This document shows, piece after piece, positions 49,739 through 63,781 of a stretch of DNA of 64,000 bases; positions within the stretch are counted from its first letter, which is position 1, and the number at the start of each line of letters is the position of its first letter. The notes under the pieces are model-generated. The model was not told the origin of the DNA, did not search any database, and saw only the letters and a list, made by a program, of their open reading frames with translations. Source of the stretch: Paraspadella gotoi (lineage: Eukaryota > Animalia > Chaetognatha). The stretch is taken from the NCBI GenBank assembly GCA_051294375.1, contig CM119269.1, positions 10,289,056 through 10,353,055 on the forward strand, in the 5' to 3' direction. A program made the translations under genes and the position numbers.

Positions 49739-50405
49739 NNNNNNNNNNNNNNNNNNNNNNNNNAAAAAAAAGAGTAAAAATGGGTTTTGATTTTTTTTTG
49801 GTTGGGACCACGTGACGCGAAGTCACGTGACACTTGGCGAGCGGTTTACATTTTGAGACGCGATGAAATTAATAATTTTAAAATTGAATAATGAATATGA
49901 TAGAATAAATAAGATTGAATAAACCTTTATCTTTTTAATTCTTTTTAAAATAAATAAGCCAAAAAACTAGGGAAAGACTAACTTTTTTGCCGGGTGATAA
50001 TTCGAGAAAAAAAAAGTCTTACGTCAATTTTAGAAACAAAATTTTAATGATTGAGGCAAAAAAAAAACAAAAAAAAACTAATTAACGGAAAATAATTTCA
50101 CAATATGAGATAACAAATCATAATCATCGGGTTCTTCAAAAGCGAAGATCTGTCCCGACGAGGGGGCCCCTTGACTTGGATGCCAAAGCTGCGCTCAGCT
50201 TGAGAGATATAACAACTTTTTCGAGGTGTGTTTTCAGATTTTCAGATTTTTAGATCACCCCCGCGATCGTTTGTCATCCCTTCACCCCCGACCATCCGAC
50301 GCAACCACCCGTCGACAACCTTTAAAGACTCCTTGGCTTCGGACGCGGACGCAACGCCTCACACTTTCACACCAGGAAATCCGAGCGGCAATAAAAAATC
50401 CCGCT

Positions 50406-50527
<122 letters not shown>

Positions 50528-51761
50528 GCCCCCACTGTGACCAGGGATTCTGAGGTTTAGTTTTATGGGGTCTTTTTGTTTCTACAGTTATTTGTGAGGT
50601 AATAATGATCGTTAAATTCATTTCGCTTCAACGTCCCGCTCCCGATTAATATTCTTCGCAAGAAAAATATTTATCGCTCTCTCTCTCTCTCTCTCGCTCT
50701 CTCTGCAAATGATCTCTCCTTTTGTAATCGATGTCCGCGCCCCAGTCCTACTTTTTCTTAAACTTACCCCAGCGGCGCTTCTTCCCGCGACCGCCTGGTG
50801 TCGCTGGTATCCGCGGGGATTTTCCTCTTCCAAACAAAAAAGACAAAGGATTTTGATAAGGGAAGGCGAACAGCTTAAAGTCACATGACTTTAGGCGATG
50901 AAGATGATGAATTTTCAATCTTCACAAAAAAAAACTCTCGTAAAAACTAAAATTTAACTATGTAAAAAAAACTCTTTCCGCCTCCTACGAAGACCCTAGA
51001 CTTTCAATTCTACTTTAATCTTTTTTTCCCTCAAAAAAAATTTTTGGCATTCTTTTAGAAGTTTCGAATCCCGTCGGTAGATGTCGCTTTGGGGTTAAAA
51101 AAATAAACAATAAAATAGAAAATAATAAAAAGAAAGAAAGAAAAAAAGAAGAGAAATGGGCGGAAGATGGCGTTTTTTTTTGGTGCGGAATGATTAAGTG
51201 GGCGACCGCATCTCGTTAAAGTGAAAGAGGGCGAACTACGAGGAAAGGCGACGAAAGGGCGACGAGTATTAGCGGCGAACTCAGAGGAATTAACGATTAA
51301 CGATTGAGATGTACAATATACGAGTTTCGATAAACTAGATCAAATGACTTTCGAATGCATATTAACAATATTTACCAAAAAAAATAGCGATAAGCCGTCA
51401 AACGAGGACGATCGCGAGAGCGAATCACGAAGAATAGGTTAATAAACGAGGAGGAATCCCAGCTAACGACGGCGATCGTAGTCTCACTTTCCGCGAAACG
51501 AAGCCTTAAATTGGTCATACTTGTCGACGCGAATTGAGTCTGAGACGAATAAAAGTTTCGAGCTTCTCGTTAACAAGCGTCGTTTCGTGAAGATCTTCTC
51601 TGGATCTCGGTATCACACTTTGATTCACGCATAATAAAACGAAAGGTTTACCTATCATTTCATCGTCGTCTTCATTGACGTTTTTAGTCGATTCATTATC
51701 TTTTTTATCATTATTATTAATATTACAAAGAAATCACCCTTTCCTATTTTTTCCTCCCCAG

Positions 51762-51907
51762 CTGCTTTAAGCGGTCGAATGGCGGCTCTGACCAAAGACG
51801 CTCACAACGGCGCCGCCGCCGCCGCCGCCGTCGCCGCCGAATCCCCGACGCAGCTCTTCACCGCGTGCGGACCGCAGCCTTTCGCCGAGGGAGACTCCGT
51901 GCTGGCG
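51762..51907 (+). CDS. AHR: AHR/spineless exon 4 (bHLH to PAS-A linker)
   Basis: Polypyrimidine acceptor ttcctccccag|, donor GCG|gtaagg. Phase 1 matches exon 3. Encodes AALSGRMAALTKDAHNGAAAAAAVAAESPTQLFTACGPQPFAEGDSVLA, with the EGD..L motif at the PAS-A entry. Confidence 0.88.
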
Positions 51908-51998
51908 GTAAGGGTGTCGCGATGGCGGCTGAGATGAGGCGACCCGCCTCGACCGGTTCGCATCCTAAACTTACTTACCCTCGCTGTTTACTTTCCAG

Positions 51999-52091
51999 GC
52001 TCTCAACGGTTTCATGATGATGACGACTTGTCACGACGGGGAAGTTTTTTACGCCTCGAGAACAGTTGAACAATACTTGGGATTCCATCAG
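51999..52091 (+). CDS. AHR: AHR/spineless exon 5 (PAS-A start)
   Basis: Acceptor ctttccag|, donor CAG|gtcagt. Encodes ALNGFMMMTTCHDGEVFYASRTVEQYLGFHQ (ALNGF...YLGFHQ AHR signature). Confidence 0.96.
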
Positions 52092-55000
52092 GTCAGTTAT
52101 GGGATGAGGGAATATGTGTTACACTCGAGAGATTCATTCAGTTTACACGAATTAAAAATTTATATATTATGGATTTACATACTGTCATACAGTATCAAGA
52201 GTATGAAACTATGTCCGGTTTGGTAGGATACCGTGAGAGAGTTTTCAGTCAATTTGACCCGACCTTATCCGACCTTTTCTGACCCGACCTAAAAAAAAAA
52301 ACCCCACCCCCGGTATAACAATAAAAAATTCGGGAAAAGAAAGACAAGAAATTGATTCTGAAAGAGGAGACGGACTGTTATGACACCGAGGACATCAACC
52401 AGATCCTGAAAGATTCCAGTTTCGACGTTAAGCAGACAACCATCTCTGAGATCGTTCTCCCCCGGTCAACGTCCTCGTCTTCAAACCTGTCAACCTTTCT
52501 TCGGCGGGTCGAAGGGTTGCATGGGCACCGGAGACTGGAACGTGATTCTCATAATCCGCCTGTGAACTTATTGTGATACCACCAAAAACATCGGCACCCG
52601 GGATGAGGAGGAGGATGAAGAAGGAAGAGATAGAAAACAGGAAAAGAATATAAGAGGAGGAAGAGGAAGAGGATCGGTCCGAGAGGTGGTTTTCTAAAGA
52701 AGAAAAAAAAGTCAACAAAAAAAAAGAAGAAGAAAAACTCGAATTAGTGATTTTTCTCTCACCGCCGAGTCGTCGAATCTGACGAAAGGAAGAACGGTCT
52801 CTTCATCTTTCTCTTCTCTCTCGTCTCTCCGTCCATCTTCTCGTCGTCTCTCTCTCTCTTCCCTCTCTCTCCTCTCACTCTCTCTCCGTCTCTCTCTCTT
52901 CCTCCTCTCTCCTCTATCTCTCCTTCTGCATTAAACTCTCACCGATTCCTTTAAACTTTCTCCCCAGCGACCTTGCTGCGACGCGCTGAAGGCTCGAGGC
53001 CACTCGTAGAAACGCCGCGGGGCGGCTTTTTCCAGCCTTTTTTTCTATCCCGACCGCTCGAGGGGCAGGCTTCCCAGGGCTCGATCCTCTCCCAGGTTCC
53101 GTGCCGCCGAGGCGCTTGGCGCGAGTCCGACGGTGTCATCCTTGGTACGAGAGGCTTTGTGGTGATGGGAGCACAGAATTGTAATAATAATAATAATACC
53201 ATAATACATAAAAATAATATATAATAATATAATAATTATAATAATAATAATATAATAATACATAAAACTTATAGTAAATAAAATAATTGTTATAATAATA
53301 ATATAGTTATAATAAAGTTATATATTAATAATATTAATAACAAGAAAAGAAGAAGAAAACGTTTCAGGCAAGAGTGATTTCTATCGAGGAATTCAGCAAA
53401 AACCACCTTCTTTTGCAAAATATGCTCAGAATATTATCAACAGATACTTGATTAAATCTAAAACCCTAAGACAAAGTGGGCTGGACTACGGATTAATTAA
53501 AAATCATCTGCTGGCATGTTTCTAATCAAGAGAATTGGATATAATTTTTGCGATTTAATAAAACACACAATTATGTCCATTTTTTGTCCATTCTTGACTT
53601 TTTCTGTTCTCTGAGATTGAACCCGTCAAGATCATTGAAAGAAAATTTTTTTTACTCCGGATTTCGGCGTCTTCTCATCTTCTTTACCGTCTGAGTGTTC
53701 ATGCTTGCCGTTGGTCATCCCATTGTTTATCATATGAATTAAATTTTTAAATTGATAGTCAGAAAATTTACATTTTTTACATTCTTATTACAATTTGTTA
53801 AGAAAAGATACTTCAAAATGCCACTAAATCTAAATCAATATCCCTTTCACCGATCGCTTCTCGGTACCGTAAACATAAGGGCAAAAAATTTCATAGTTTT
53901 GCAAGAAAATTTAAATTTTAAAATCAACTTTTTAATTTGTGAAGGATTTTTGGAGGAGGCGTTTTATTTGACACTAAAACTCGGTTTTTGACTTATTTTA
54001 TAGTTTTAATAGATGAGAAATATACTAAGCGTTAACGAATTAAACAAAAAACCGCATTCTTTTAATGTAATGGAAGCGTCAGTAATTTTTTTCCTCCTCA
54101 ATTTCTACGCAAGGTTTTTGCGCGAAAAAATTTCCGTAAAAATCTGTGATTTTTTTAAATCTGCTGAAGGCAACTTTCAAACTTTGAAAAAAATCATGAC
54201 GCTACTCCTCAATACTTTCTTTCTTACACATACATTTTAAAAAGATCTTATACATCCAGTATGATATAAAATGCAAAAATGAGTTGAGAAGGAGAAAAGA
54301 GAAGAGAAGAGAGAGCACTAGGTGAATCAAAAAAGTTGCAGGAGAGACAAAAAGAGTCGGAAAGAAATTAATATATGGGAAAAGGGGGAGACGAAAAACA
54401 ATTAAGAGAAAAAGATAAGAAAGAGGGAAGAAAGAGAATCAGAGAGGGAGCGAAAAGTAGAGATAGCAGAGGAAGACGAAATAAATGTAAAGAAAGAAAA
54501 GAGGGATGACACAGAGAAATATGAGGACAGAAAAGTCGGAGAAAGGGAGAGAAAGACACGAGAGAAGAGGAGAAAATGACACGGACAGAGAGAAGGTTCA
54601 AGGAGAAAAAATAGTGGAAAAAAATGGAAAAAAAAAATTTTAACAAATATAGTCTTGCCGTTTTTTGCCTAAGCTGTAGTATAACTAAAAAACAGGCAAA
54701 TAGATTGAAGCAATTTAATCTTTAAAAGTTTTGCCCTTACCCATGAAAAATCGTCTTTAGTTTCATCTTAAGGTAAAAGATTTACACTTATGATCTACCG
54801 TATTTCTGAAAGCATGAGAAATTCACCCAACTGAGCTTCAATTGTTATAAAAGGAGAAAATAACCTATTAGCTCCTCCACGTTCATTACTTTAAATCCAA
54901 TTTCCATGAACTTGTTTTTATATTATTTAAATCAGATGAGGAAAACAAATAGAGAATAACTAAGTTACATTTTTAAATTCTTCAATTTTATTCCGTTCTG

Positions 55001-56808
55001 AATTTAGATAATTTCATTCGAATAGAATTACTGGCCTCAAACAGTTAAACGAAATAACTATAATATTTTTTTTTAGTTACTATTGACCTATATTAGAACT
55101 CATGCGACACGAGAGCCACACGGAGATGTAAGACGAATAAAAAATCGCCGACGAATATGAAAAAAAAACCACTACGGATTGACGACGAGACGAACGACGA
55201 CTAGAACAGCCAGACAAACTCAACACTCCAACAGTCGAGTTATCGGTTACAATAAGGACAAAGGAAGAGCAGGGAATCTCATCTGTGTTTTCATCCTGCT
55301 TTTGTTCCTATTCCCGCTCTTTTTTATTTTCCTTCTTTTCTCTTTTATTTTTCCTTCTTTTTCTTTTCTTTCTTTCCATCTTTCTCTTTCTTTCTTTTTT
55401 TCCTTTCTTCTTTCTCTTCCTTTTCTTTTCGCTTCTTCTTCTTTCTTATCTCTCTCTCTCTCCTCTCTTTCTCCTCCTCTCTCTGATTCTTCACTCATCT
55501 CTCTCTCTCTCTTTCTTCTCCTTCCCATCCTCTACTCTTTTAACACCTCTTTTGAGAACTTCCGGGACATTTTGCTAGGCGGATTTGCGCTTTGCGCGAT
55601 GGTCTCCTTTGAATTAATTCCGAATTTCTTATGGGTAATGCTGGCGCAAGGATGAAGTTCCCCTCCGCATATAGGACCCGATCTATGTCAAATTCCCATC
55701 CGGGAACCGGTAACGGACTATAACGAGACGAGCCAAAGCGCGAGTTAAGGGGCGAGAACGGAGGAGACGAGGAGCTCCAGCGCCTAGACGGCGGCTTCAG
55801 CGTTTCAGTTTGAATGGAATTGTTGTAGAGTGATTGGAAGATATGGTTGATTGGTTAGTCGCCGAAGTTCTCAGGAGTAGAGAGACTAGAGAACGGGATA
55901 GAGAGCCCATATTGAGTTAAGATTTGACGCCGACGTCGTAGGGAGCAGTATGTCGACTGTTCGTATGTATGTCAGGGTGTTATGATGATTTTATTCTATT
56001 GTTCTGGCCTTCATATTCGTGTGTTTTATCAGATACCGTATTGTAAGGTCGACGGGCCAACGAGCTTAGAGGAACGAGGCAGAGGTGCGAGAGGAGGAAA
56101 GAGGAAGATGGAACGGAGAAGGAGGAGGAAAGTGAGCGTAAAGAAGAAAGGTAAGGTAGGAGAGAGATGGAGAGGTCAATGAAACTTATGCGCATTATTA
56201 AAGAGAAACCGTGAAAGAATGAATGAGATAGTGAAATGAATAGAGAATGAAAGAGAAGAAGATTGAGAAAATGGAATGCAGATGGAGAAATGATGAGAGA
56301 GAGAGAAGAGAGAGAGGAATGAAATGAGGAAATAATTAGTAGCAAGAGATGAGAGATGGAGAGAGAGATCGAAGAAGAGAAGAGAGAAGAGAGAAGAAGA
56401 GAGAGAGAGAGAGATATACGGAGTGTACGAATCCACGGCGAATAAAAAATATTGTGAGATGAATCCAAATGGAGATTTAACCTATTAAAAAGAAAGTTTG
56501 AAATGAAATAGAAAGAAATAAGAGGAGAGAAGAGAGAGAGAGGAAAGGAGAGAAGTAGAGAGAGAGCACTGTAGTAAAGAAGAGAGATAAGGAGGAGGTA
56601 GAGTAAGATAGAGAGAGAAGAGAAGAGAGAAAGAAGAGAGAAGGAGATGCGATGAAAACGAAGAGCAGCAATAGGGAGTACTTTCTCGTGCACCTTTTAA
56701 TTCGTTTTATTGGGTTTCCGATTTTCTAGTCTTTTCCGATGAAAACGACATTTCCTAAGCTTTATATTATGTTATGTTGATCANNNNNNNNNNNNNNNNN
56801 NNNNNNNN

Positions 56809-56845
<37 letters not shown>

Positions 56846-57246
56846 CAACTTATAATAATAAAAGAAAAAAAATAATAAAAATAATTGTTATATTAAAAAC
56901 AAAGAAAGAAGAAGAAAACGTTTCAACGTTAACAGCAATAATAATATTTTTGATATTGACATATAACTGCGACGAAGACAACGGGAGATGTAAGACGATA
57001 AAATCGCCGACGATATGAAAAAAAAACAACTACGGATGACGACGACGACGACGACGACTAGAACAGCCAAGACAACACTCAACACTCAACAGTCGAGTTT
57101 ATCGGACAAAAGGACAAAAGGAAGAGAGGGAATCTCATTGTGTTTCATCTCTGGCTTTTGTTCCTCCGCTCTTATTTTCTTTTCTCTTTTATTTTCTTCT
57201 TTCTTTCTTTCTTTCTTTCTTTCTTCTTGCTTTCTTTCTTCTTTCT

Positions 57247-57279
<33 letters not shown>

Positions 57280-57344
57280 TTTCTTTCATTTTTTTTTCTT
57301 TTTGCTTTTATTTACTCATCTCTCCTCTCTCTCTCTCTCTCTCG

Positions 57345-57376
<32 letters not shown>

Positions 57377-57718
57377 CTCTGTCTAGAAAAACTCTTCTAA
57401 GTTTCCTTCTCTTTTTTTCTCTTTCCCACAATGTTTTTTTTCTTTTCTTTCTTTTCTTTTCTTCTCCTCCTTTCCTCTCTCTGTGTTTTTTTTTCATCTC
57501 TCAACTTCGAGGGTCTAACAGGTACCCTATGATGCGCCGCCCCCCTTCCCCTTGATCCCCATTCTTTCCGCCGGCGGGGGTCGTGTTTGGGGACGATGTC
57601 GGAGTCTGTCGTCCGAAGATTGGCCGGCCGGGCCGGCGAAAGCGGTGATCGGCCGGCGTCACGCGAGTCGTTAAAATCTGTATTTCGCCGCGAGGTGAGG
57701 TCGACGTTGGTAAGGGTA

Positions 57719-57783
<65 letters not shown>

Positions 57784-58270
57784 AGATTCGGTCGAGCAAT
57801 CACCTCCGAAGGTTTTCGATGAATTTATTGCGCGCGTCGCAACGAATGGTCAGAAAAAGGGTCGGAAAGGTCACTCGGTCAAGTGCAACGCAATTCCGCG
57901 TCGTTGACGTCGACGTGGCGTTGGATTTAAAATTTCGTCACCTGGAGTCAAAACCTGTCACGTGGTTCCTTCTGCTGTTCGGTTACATATTTTTAATTGA
58001 GTTTTTCTGTTAAACTCGTTTTTTAAACTTATCGTTGAGCTGATTTGGCCGAATGAACCAGTTTGTATGGAGTCGATTGTATCGACGAATTTCGAAAACA
58101 GAAAACAAGTCTCGTCTTCTTCTTTATTCAAAAGTATTAGTTCGTAAAAGTAAAAGTAAAAGTAAAAGTAAAAGTAAAAGTAAAAGTAAAAGTCAGTTTT
58201 GTCACGATAAATCTTTTCATCTTCAACTTTTAAAAATTATCCCAACCTTCCCCCCTTCGCCGTCCTTCAG

Positions 58271-58483
58271 TCCGACATCGTCCACCAAAGCGTCTACGAA
58301 CTGATCCACTCCGAGGATCGCGAAGACTTCAAGTCTCGTCTCCTCTGGAACTCCTCGTTGCCGGCGGAGAAGCGCGAGCTCACCCTCAACGAGGTCCTCG
58401 CCAACCGGGAGCACCACCACCTGCTCGAGCGCTCCTTCACCGTGCGGTTCCGGTGTCTCCTCGACAACACATCCGGCTTCGTG
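58271..58483 (+). CDS. AHR: AHR/spineless exon 6 (PAS-A)
   Basis: Acceptor ccttcag|, donor GTG|gtaaag. Encodes SDIVHQSVYELIHSEDREDF...LLERSFTVRFRCLLDNTSGFV, with the conserved RFRCLLDNTSGF motif. Confidence 0.97.
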
Positions 58484-58758
58484 GTAAAGGGGGGATTGAT
58501 GGGAGTTGTAATCCGTAATGTAGTTCTCAAGATCATCTGTTTTGACAATTATTGTAAGTATAGTCTACGTAATTGATAATTAAACGATTAAATGAGGCGA
58601 GTGGGGACTCGGTGGTTGTTATTGCAGCGCGCTACACTGCGCGTCCAAAACAGATGTCAAGCATTTGTGGGATTGTTGTTGTTGTTCGCTTTTAACTCTT
58701 TCTCTCTTAATCCTTCACCACATCTATAATTCTTTTCCCCCCCAATTTCCCCTCACAG

Positions 58759-58955
58759 ACTCTGGACATCTGCGGCCGCCTTCGCCCTCTGCACAACCAA
58801 AACATGAAGGGCGCCGGGGAGGACTCTCCGGTCCTGGCGCTCTTTTGCGTCGCCTGCCCGTTCGGGCCGCCGTCCCTGCACGAGGCGCCGCAGCGGGACC
58901 TCATGTTCAAGAGCAAGCACAAGCTCGACCTGGCGCCGCAGACCATCGATCATCG
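58759..58955 (+). CDS. AHR: AHR/spineless exon 7 (end of PAS-A, start of PAS-B); gene continues beyond the window
   Basis: Acceptor cctcacag|, donor CG|gtgagg. Encodes TLDICGRLRPLHNQN...LALFCVACPFGPPSLHEAPQRDLMFKSKHKLDLAPQTIDH (PFGPPSL and FKSKHKLD motifs). No further PAS-B exon recognised before 64000. Confidence 0.96.
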
Positions 58956-59731
58956 GTGAGGAAGGAGCGGGGGTTTGGGTAGAGGGAGGTAGAGGTAGAG
59001 GTAGAGGTAGAGCGGGTTGGGGTAGAGGGAAGGAGGTGGAGGCTGACGTGGGGAAATTTGGGCAAAACTGAGATGTGGACAAAATTACGGGGGCAGAATT
59101 GCAGAAGGCGAAACTTAGGATTGATCGATGAGAATTAGACGAATCGTCAGGAAATTGAACTAGCTTCCATTAATTAATATTGATTTCTTAATCCACACTC
59201 GATTAAAATAATTTCTCGAACGCCAAAAAAAAACCGCAAAATTTATAAGGGGATTTTCTGAAAGTTTTGTATTTATTCGTCGGCTTCATCTTCGTCGTTG
59301 TCTTCATTCATTCGCCGAGCAATAAGTCGTTCGTCTGTCGAAAAACTATTTCTTTCTTTCTTTCGTCGTCGTCGTCGTCGTCGTCGACGTCGTCGGCCCC
59401 TCCATCGCAATTTTCAGTGTCTTCTTTCCTGTTCGTCAGCCTCGTTTTGTTGATGTAGGCATCTTCTGCTTCTTCTTCGTCCTCGTTGTTGTTGTCTTTT
59501 AATTGTTTTTGGTCGTCATCGCATTTTTTTTTCATTCGTCGCCGTCGTCCTTATTTTCGTCGTCATCGTCGTCGCCGTTCTGTTCTAATCTTTGTCGTTC
59601 TTGTCGTCATTGTCGTCTTTCTTATGTCCTTTTAGTTGTTGTTGTTTTCGTCGTCGTCGTCGTCCATCTCCCGTCCAGAATCCTCATCGGATTTTCTTCT
59701 CCTCTGATTTGATTTTGTTTCTCCGTGACGA

Positions 59732-59773
<42 letters not shown>

Positions 59774-59914
59774 TCTTGACTCTTTCCTCACCTGAGAAAA
59801 TTAAAGCGAAAGAAAGAAAACAGAAAAAGAAAAAAAAAAGATGAAAGAGAAATAAGGAAAAAAGAAAGAAAAAGAAAGTTAATGGGAAGAATAAAAAAAA
59901 ATGAATAAGAGAAA

Positions 59915-62900
59915 CACGCGGGTTCCTTTTACATCGATTTAATCGGCATGGAGTGCACAAGAATGAGATGTTCCGGATACGCTTTCCGGACCTTGGTCTA
60001 CACAAAAAAAAGGGTAAACAAATTTTTCCTTAATGACAGTTTTTTTATAAATTAATATTAAAAGTTACGCTATTATAAATCAATAAAGTAGAATAAAAAA
60101 AATTTAAAAAAATGGTTTAAATTTTTTTAAAAATTGGAAAATATCATGCATCAATCCATAATACCATGAACAATTTTCTTCGTTGGTCCATTAACCATTA
60201 TTCTATCCTTAATAGTTATTTGTAATTAATTTTTTCTTATATTAAAATATTATTTTTAATTTTTTTTCAGGTAATTTAAATTTAAAAAAAAATCTAAACT
60301 ATTGCCAAATGACTAGAAAGAAAAATTTTATATTATAATGGACTTACCTACACTAATATAGGCTTTCAAATACATATATAGTAAGTTTATTATGATTATG
60401 TTTTGATATAGGAAAATAAATAATTTATGATAATTAAATATATGAAAAAAATTGATAAACTTTTAAATTTTTTAGCTATAATAAACATACTTTTTAAAAT
60501 TTGTTCATTGATGCTTTTTAATGCTACTGGCAGTTGTATCCTTTCAATTTTAATAATTTGATAACTTCTTTTATCTTTTAAGTAATACTGACTGCTCATA
60601 TTTACTTACTTTATGACAAAATCACAAAAATTACTGATATTAAAAATGTATGGTATGGAAACAGACGAAAACTTTTTTTCTTAAATCAGATGCTATTTAA
60701 TTTTTTGGAGTGATATTATATTATCCTTGGACAAAATTTAAAATTTTAAACAATCCCAACTTCGACATTTTTTAGGCCAAAAGTTAGGTTGGTTAAAAAA
60801 AACTGCAAGATGCAAAAAAAAGCTCAATAAAAAAAACGTTATTGTCTTGAATATCTTTTGAAAAAAAAGGGAGCAGTGGGTGCTGGCTATCAAAATTTAA
60901 AAGCCCTAATCATGGGTCACATTTCTAGAACAGTTTTATTAAATTTTATCTTATAAATCTTTACACCAGTTTTTATTTAAATACGAGTTAAAAGGTATAA
61001 CAGTTTTTTTTGCAAATTATAAATTTTCAATGGAAGGCATATTGAATATTTTTGTTTTTCTTTTGCTACATTGAAAGAGGAAAGTCTGAATTACATTATT
61101 CTTAATTATCATTTAAATTTTCTCAACTTTATAAATTGCTTGTATTTTTAGTTAAAATTAAAAACAAGCAAAAAAATTGTAGTAGCTTGATAAAAATGTT
61201 TTTTTAAATATGAAAAATGATAAATAAATAAAAATTTTTTTCAGCTTGATAAAAACAGTCTGGACGATCTACCTTCTTGTCTTGCTGAAAAAAAAATAAT
61301 CATTTTTTCATTATCTTCAACTTGCAAAGCAAAAGCTTGATATACATTGCTTGTTCTATCGTATAAAAATTTTAAAAAATTACTTAACTGCTGACATATT
61401 TGACAAGCAAACATCATGTGTTGAATTGTATTGCTAATTTTCTTAAATATAACAACCTTTATAAAGGGAATTTAATTCTATTATTATCATCCATATTAAA
61501 TTAAGACCAAAAAAAATTTTTCGCAAAAATGGTTCATGACTGACTTAATGATTGCATTTTTTAAGGTTTCTTTACTGCCCCCATTACGCAAGACATAAAA
61601 GGTCATTATTATCATCGTCACTATGTACAGATTTTCTCTACCCTTTATGCCACCTGCATTCTGAATTTTCTTTTTTTTTTCCCTTTCAAATGTATTAAAT
61701 TAAAAAAATAATTGAAGAGGAACAACAGCATGGAGCATACCGTTGTGTAAGCCTTAGTTACCACTTCCAACAAATTTTTAAACAAGGTTTTTTTTTCATC
61801 TATTCTAGACATAACTCTAACTATTGTACTATTTATTTTTAATTTTTTAATTTCTCTTTTAGCGTATCAAAAGAAACGTTATTGCTTAGCTACTGCGTGT
61901 CAAAAAAATCTATAGAAAAAAAAGTTAAAATGTTTTCAAAAATTAAAAAACTATAGAGGAATCACTATACTTAACAAAATTATTACTGACGTTAATATGT
62001 ATTAGAACTTGATGCCCACTCCAAATTAAAAAAACTGCTTAAAATATACTGCTTCTGTCATATTAAAAGAGGCTACTGAATTAAGTTAAAACCTTACAAA
62101 GCATCCGAAGAATCAATATTTTATACATTTGACAACCTTAAAAATGTTCTAGTTGGGATTGTTTAAAACTTATTTGAATTTGTCCAAGGATAATATGTTA
62201 TATCAGTTCAAACAATTAAATAGGCATGTTGATTTTTAAAAAAAAATTTTTTTTGTCTGTTATTTCATACATAATTTTTTAATATCAGTAAAATTTTTGG
62301 ATTTTGCAAAAAGTAAGTAAATATAGCAGTCAGTATTTATTAAAAATAAAAGAAGTTATAAAATTATTATAATTGAGAATGATACAACCTGACCAGTAGT
62401 ATTAAAAGCATCATGAACAATTAATTAATAATTATGTTTATTATGCTAAAAAAAAATTCAAAGTTAAAATTTTTTTCATATATTTAATTTTTATAAATTA
62501 TATTTTCTATTGTCCAAAAATCATCATAATTAAACTTACTATATATTGTATTTTGAAGGCCTCATATTAGGTTAGGTAAGTCCTCTTATAATATAAATTT
62601 TTCTTCAATCACTTTTGGCATAGTTATATTTTTTTTAATTTAAATTACCGTTGAAAAAAAATTAAAATAATATTTTAATAAAAAAATTAATTACAAATAA
62701 CTATTAAAGATAGATATAATGGTTATGGACTCAAACGAAAGAAAATTGTTCATGGATTATGGATTGATGATGATATTTTCATTTTTTAAAAAAATTTAAA
62801 CCCCATTTTTTTAATTTTTTTTATTCTAACTTTATTGATTTATATAGCTAATTTTAATATTTAATTTAATAAAAAAACTTGTCATTAGGAAAAATTTGAT

Positions 62901-63010
62901 TACCCTTTTTTTGGTGTAGCCCCAAAAAGGTCCGCGAAACGTATCCCGGGACATCTCATTCTTTGTGCACTCCATGCCGATTAAATCGATTGTAAAAAGG
63001 AAAAACCGTG
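59915..63010. mobile_element. Long-TIR CAC...GTG (Chapaev-like) non-autonomous element in AHR intron 7
   Basis: About 870-bp inverted arms (59915-~60778 and ~62135-63010) around a ~1.35-kb unique AT-rich spacer. Ends CACGCGG/CCGTG. 4-bp duplication GAAA (59911-59914 and 63011-63014). Confidence 0.72.
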
Positions 63011-63709
63011 GAAAGTTATGATAACAAAAAAAAGGGATATCGAGCGAGAAGAGAATTTGAAGAGAAGAAGAGAGAAGAGACGACGGGAGAGAGAGAGAAT
63101 GAGAGATGAGGAGATGGAGAGAGAGATAGAGAAGAAAGAGAGGAGAAGAGAGAGAAGAGAGAGAGAGGAGAGAGAGGCGAGATGAAGAGACGAAAAGAGA
63201 AGCGGATCAATTTTTATTAAGACTCAGTGGAAACGTGGGTCGGGGATGGGTTGAGGGAAATGGAGTTGGGAGCCGACAGAAATATTCATTATATCGAATA
63301 GTGGGGACTGCTGGGTTTTTGACCCTCGAGGCAGAGGGAGCGGAGGGCGCAGTGGGAGCAGAGGGGACCCGGTTGTGCTCAATAGCAGTAAATTTTGCCA
63401 TTTTCAATTTCGACAACGACGATGGCGGCGCAGAAAAAGACGAAGACGGTCGAAAAGGCTGATATTTTTAACGAACAAATATTTATTAATTATTTCCTTC
63501 TTTCGATTCCTGTTTCAAAACGGTTTTCCCCGAACGAAGGCGGTTGTTTTGTTTCGTATTTTCTTCTTTAAAAACAGGATATAAGATTCATGGAGTTCGT
63601 CCATTTACAAGAAACAAAAAAACTAGCGATGGCAAAGAGAGAAGAATTTATGCCTCATGAAGGATATTTGAGAAGGAGCGAGGATTTTCTTTTATTTCTT
63701 TTTTATTTT

Positions 63710-63781
<72 letters not shown>

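Noticed and set aside
55060-57400. Duplicated regulatory block in intron 5
   Set aside because: 55060-55500 and 56940-57390 (and 53180-53370 vs 56810-56930) are indel-differing copies either side of a 25-N gap, consistent with assembly redundancy.
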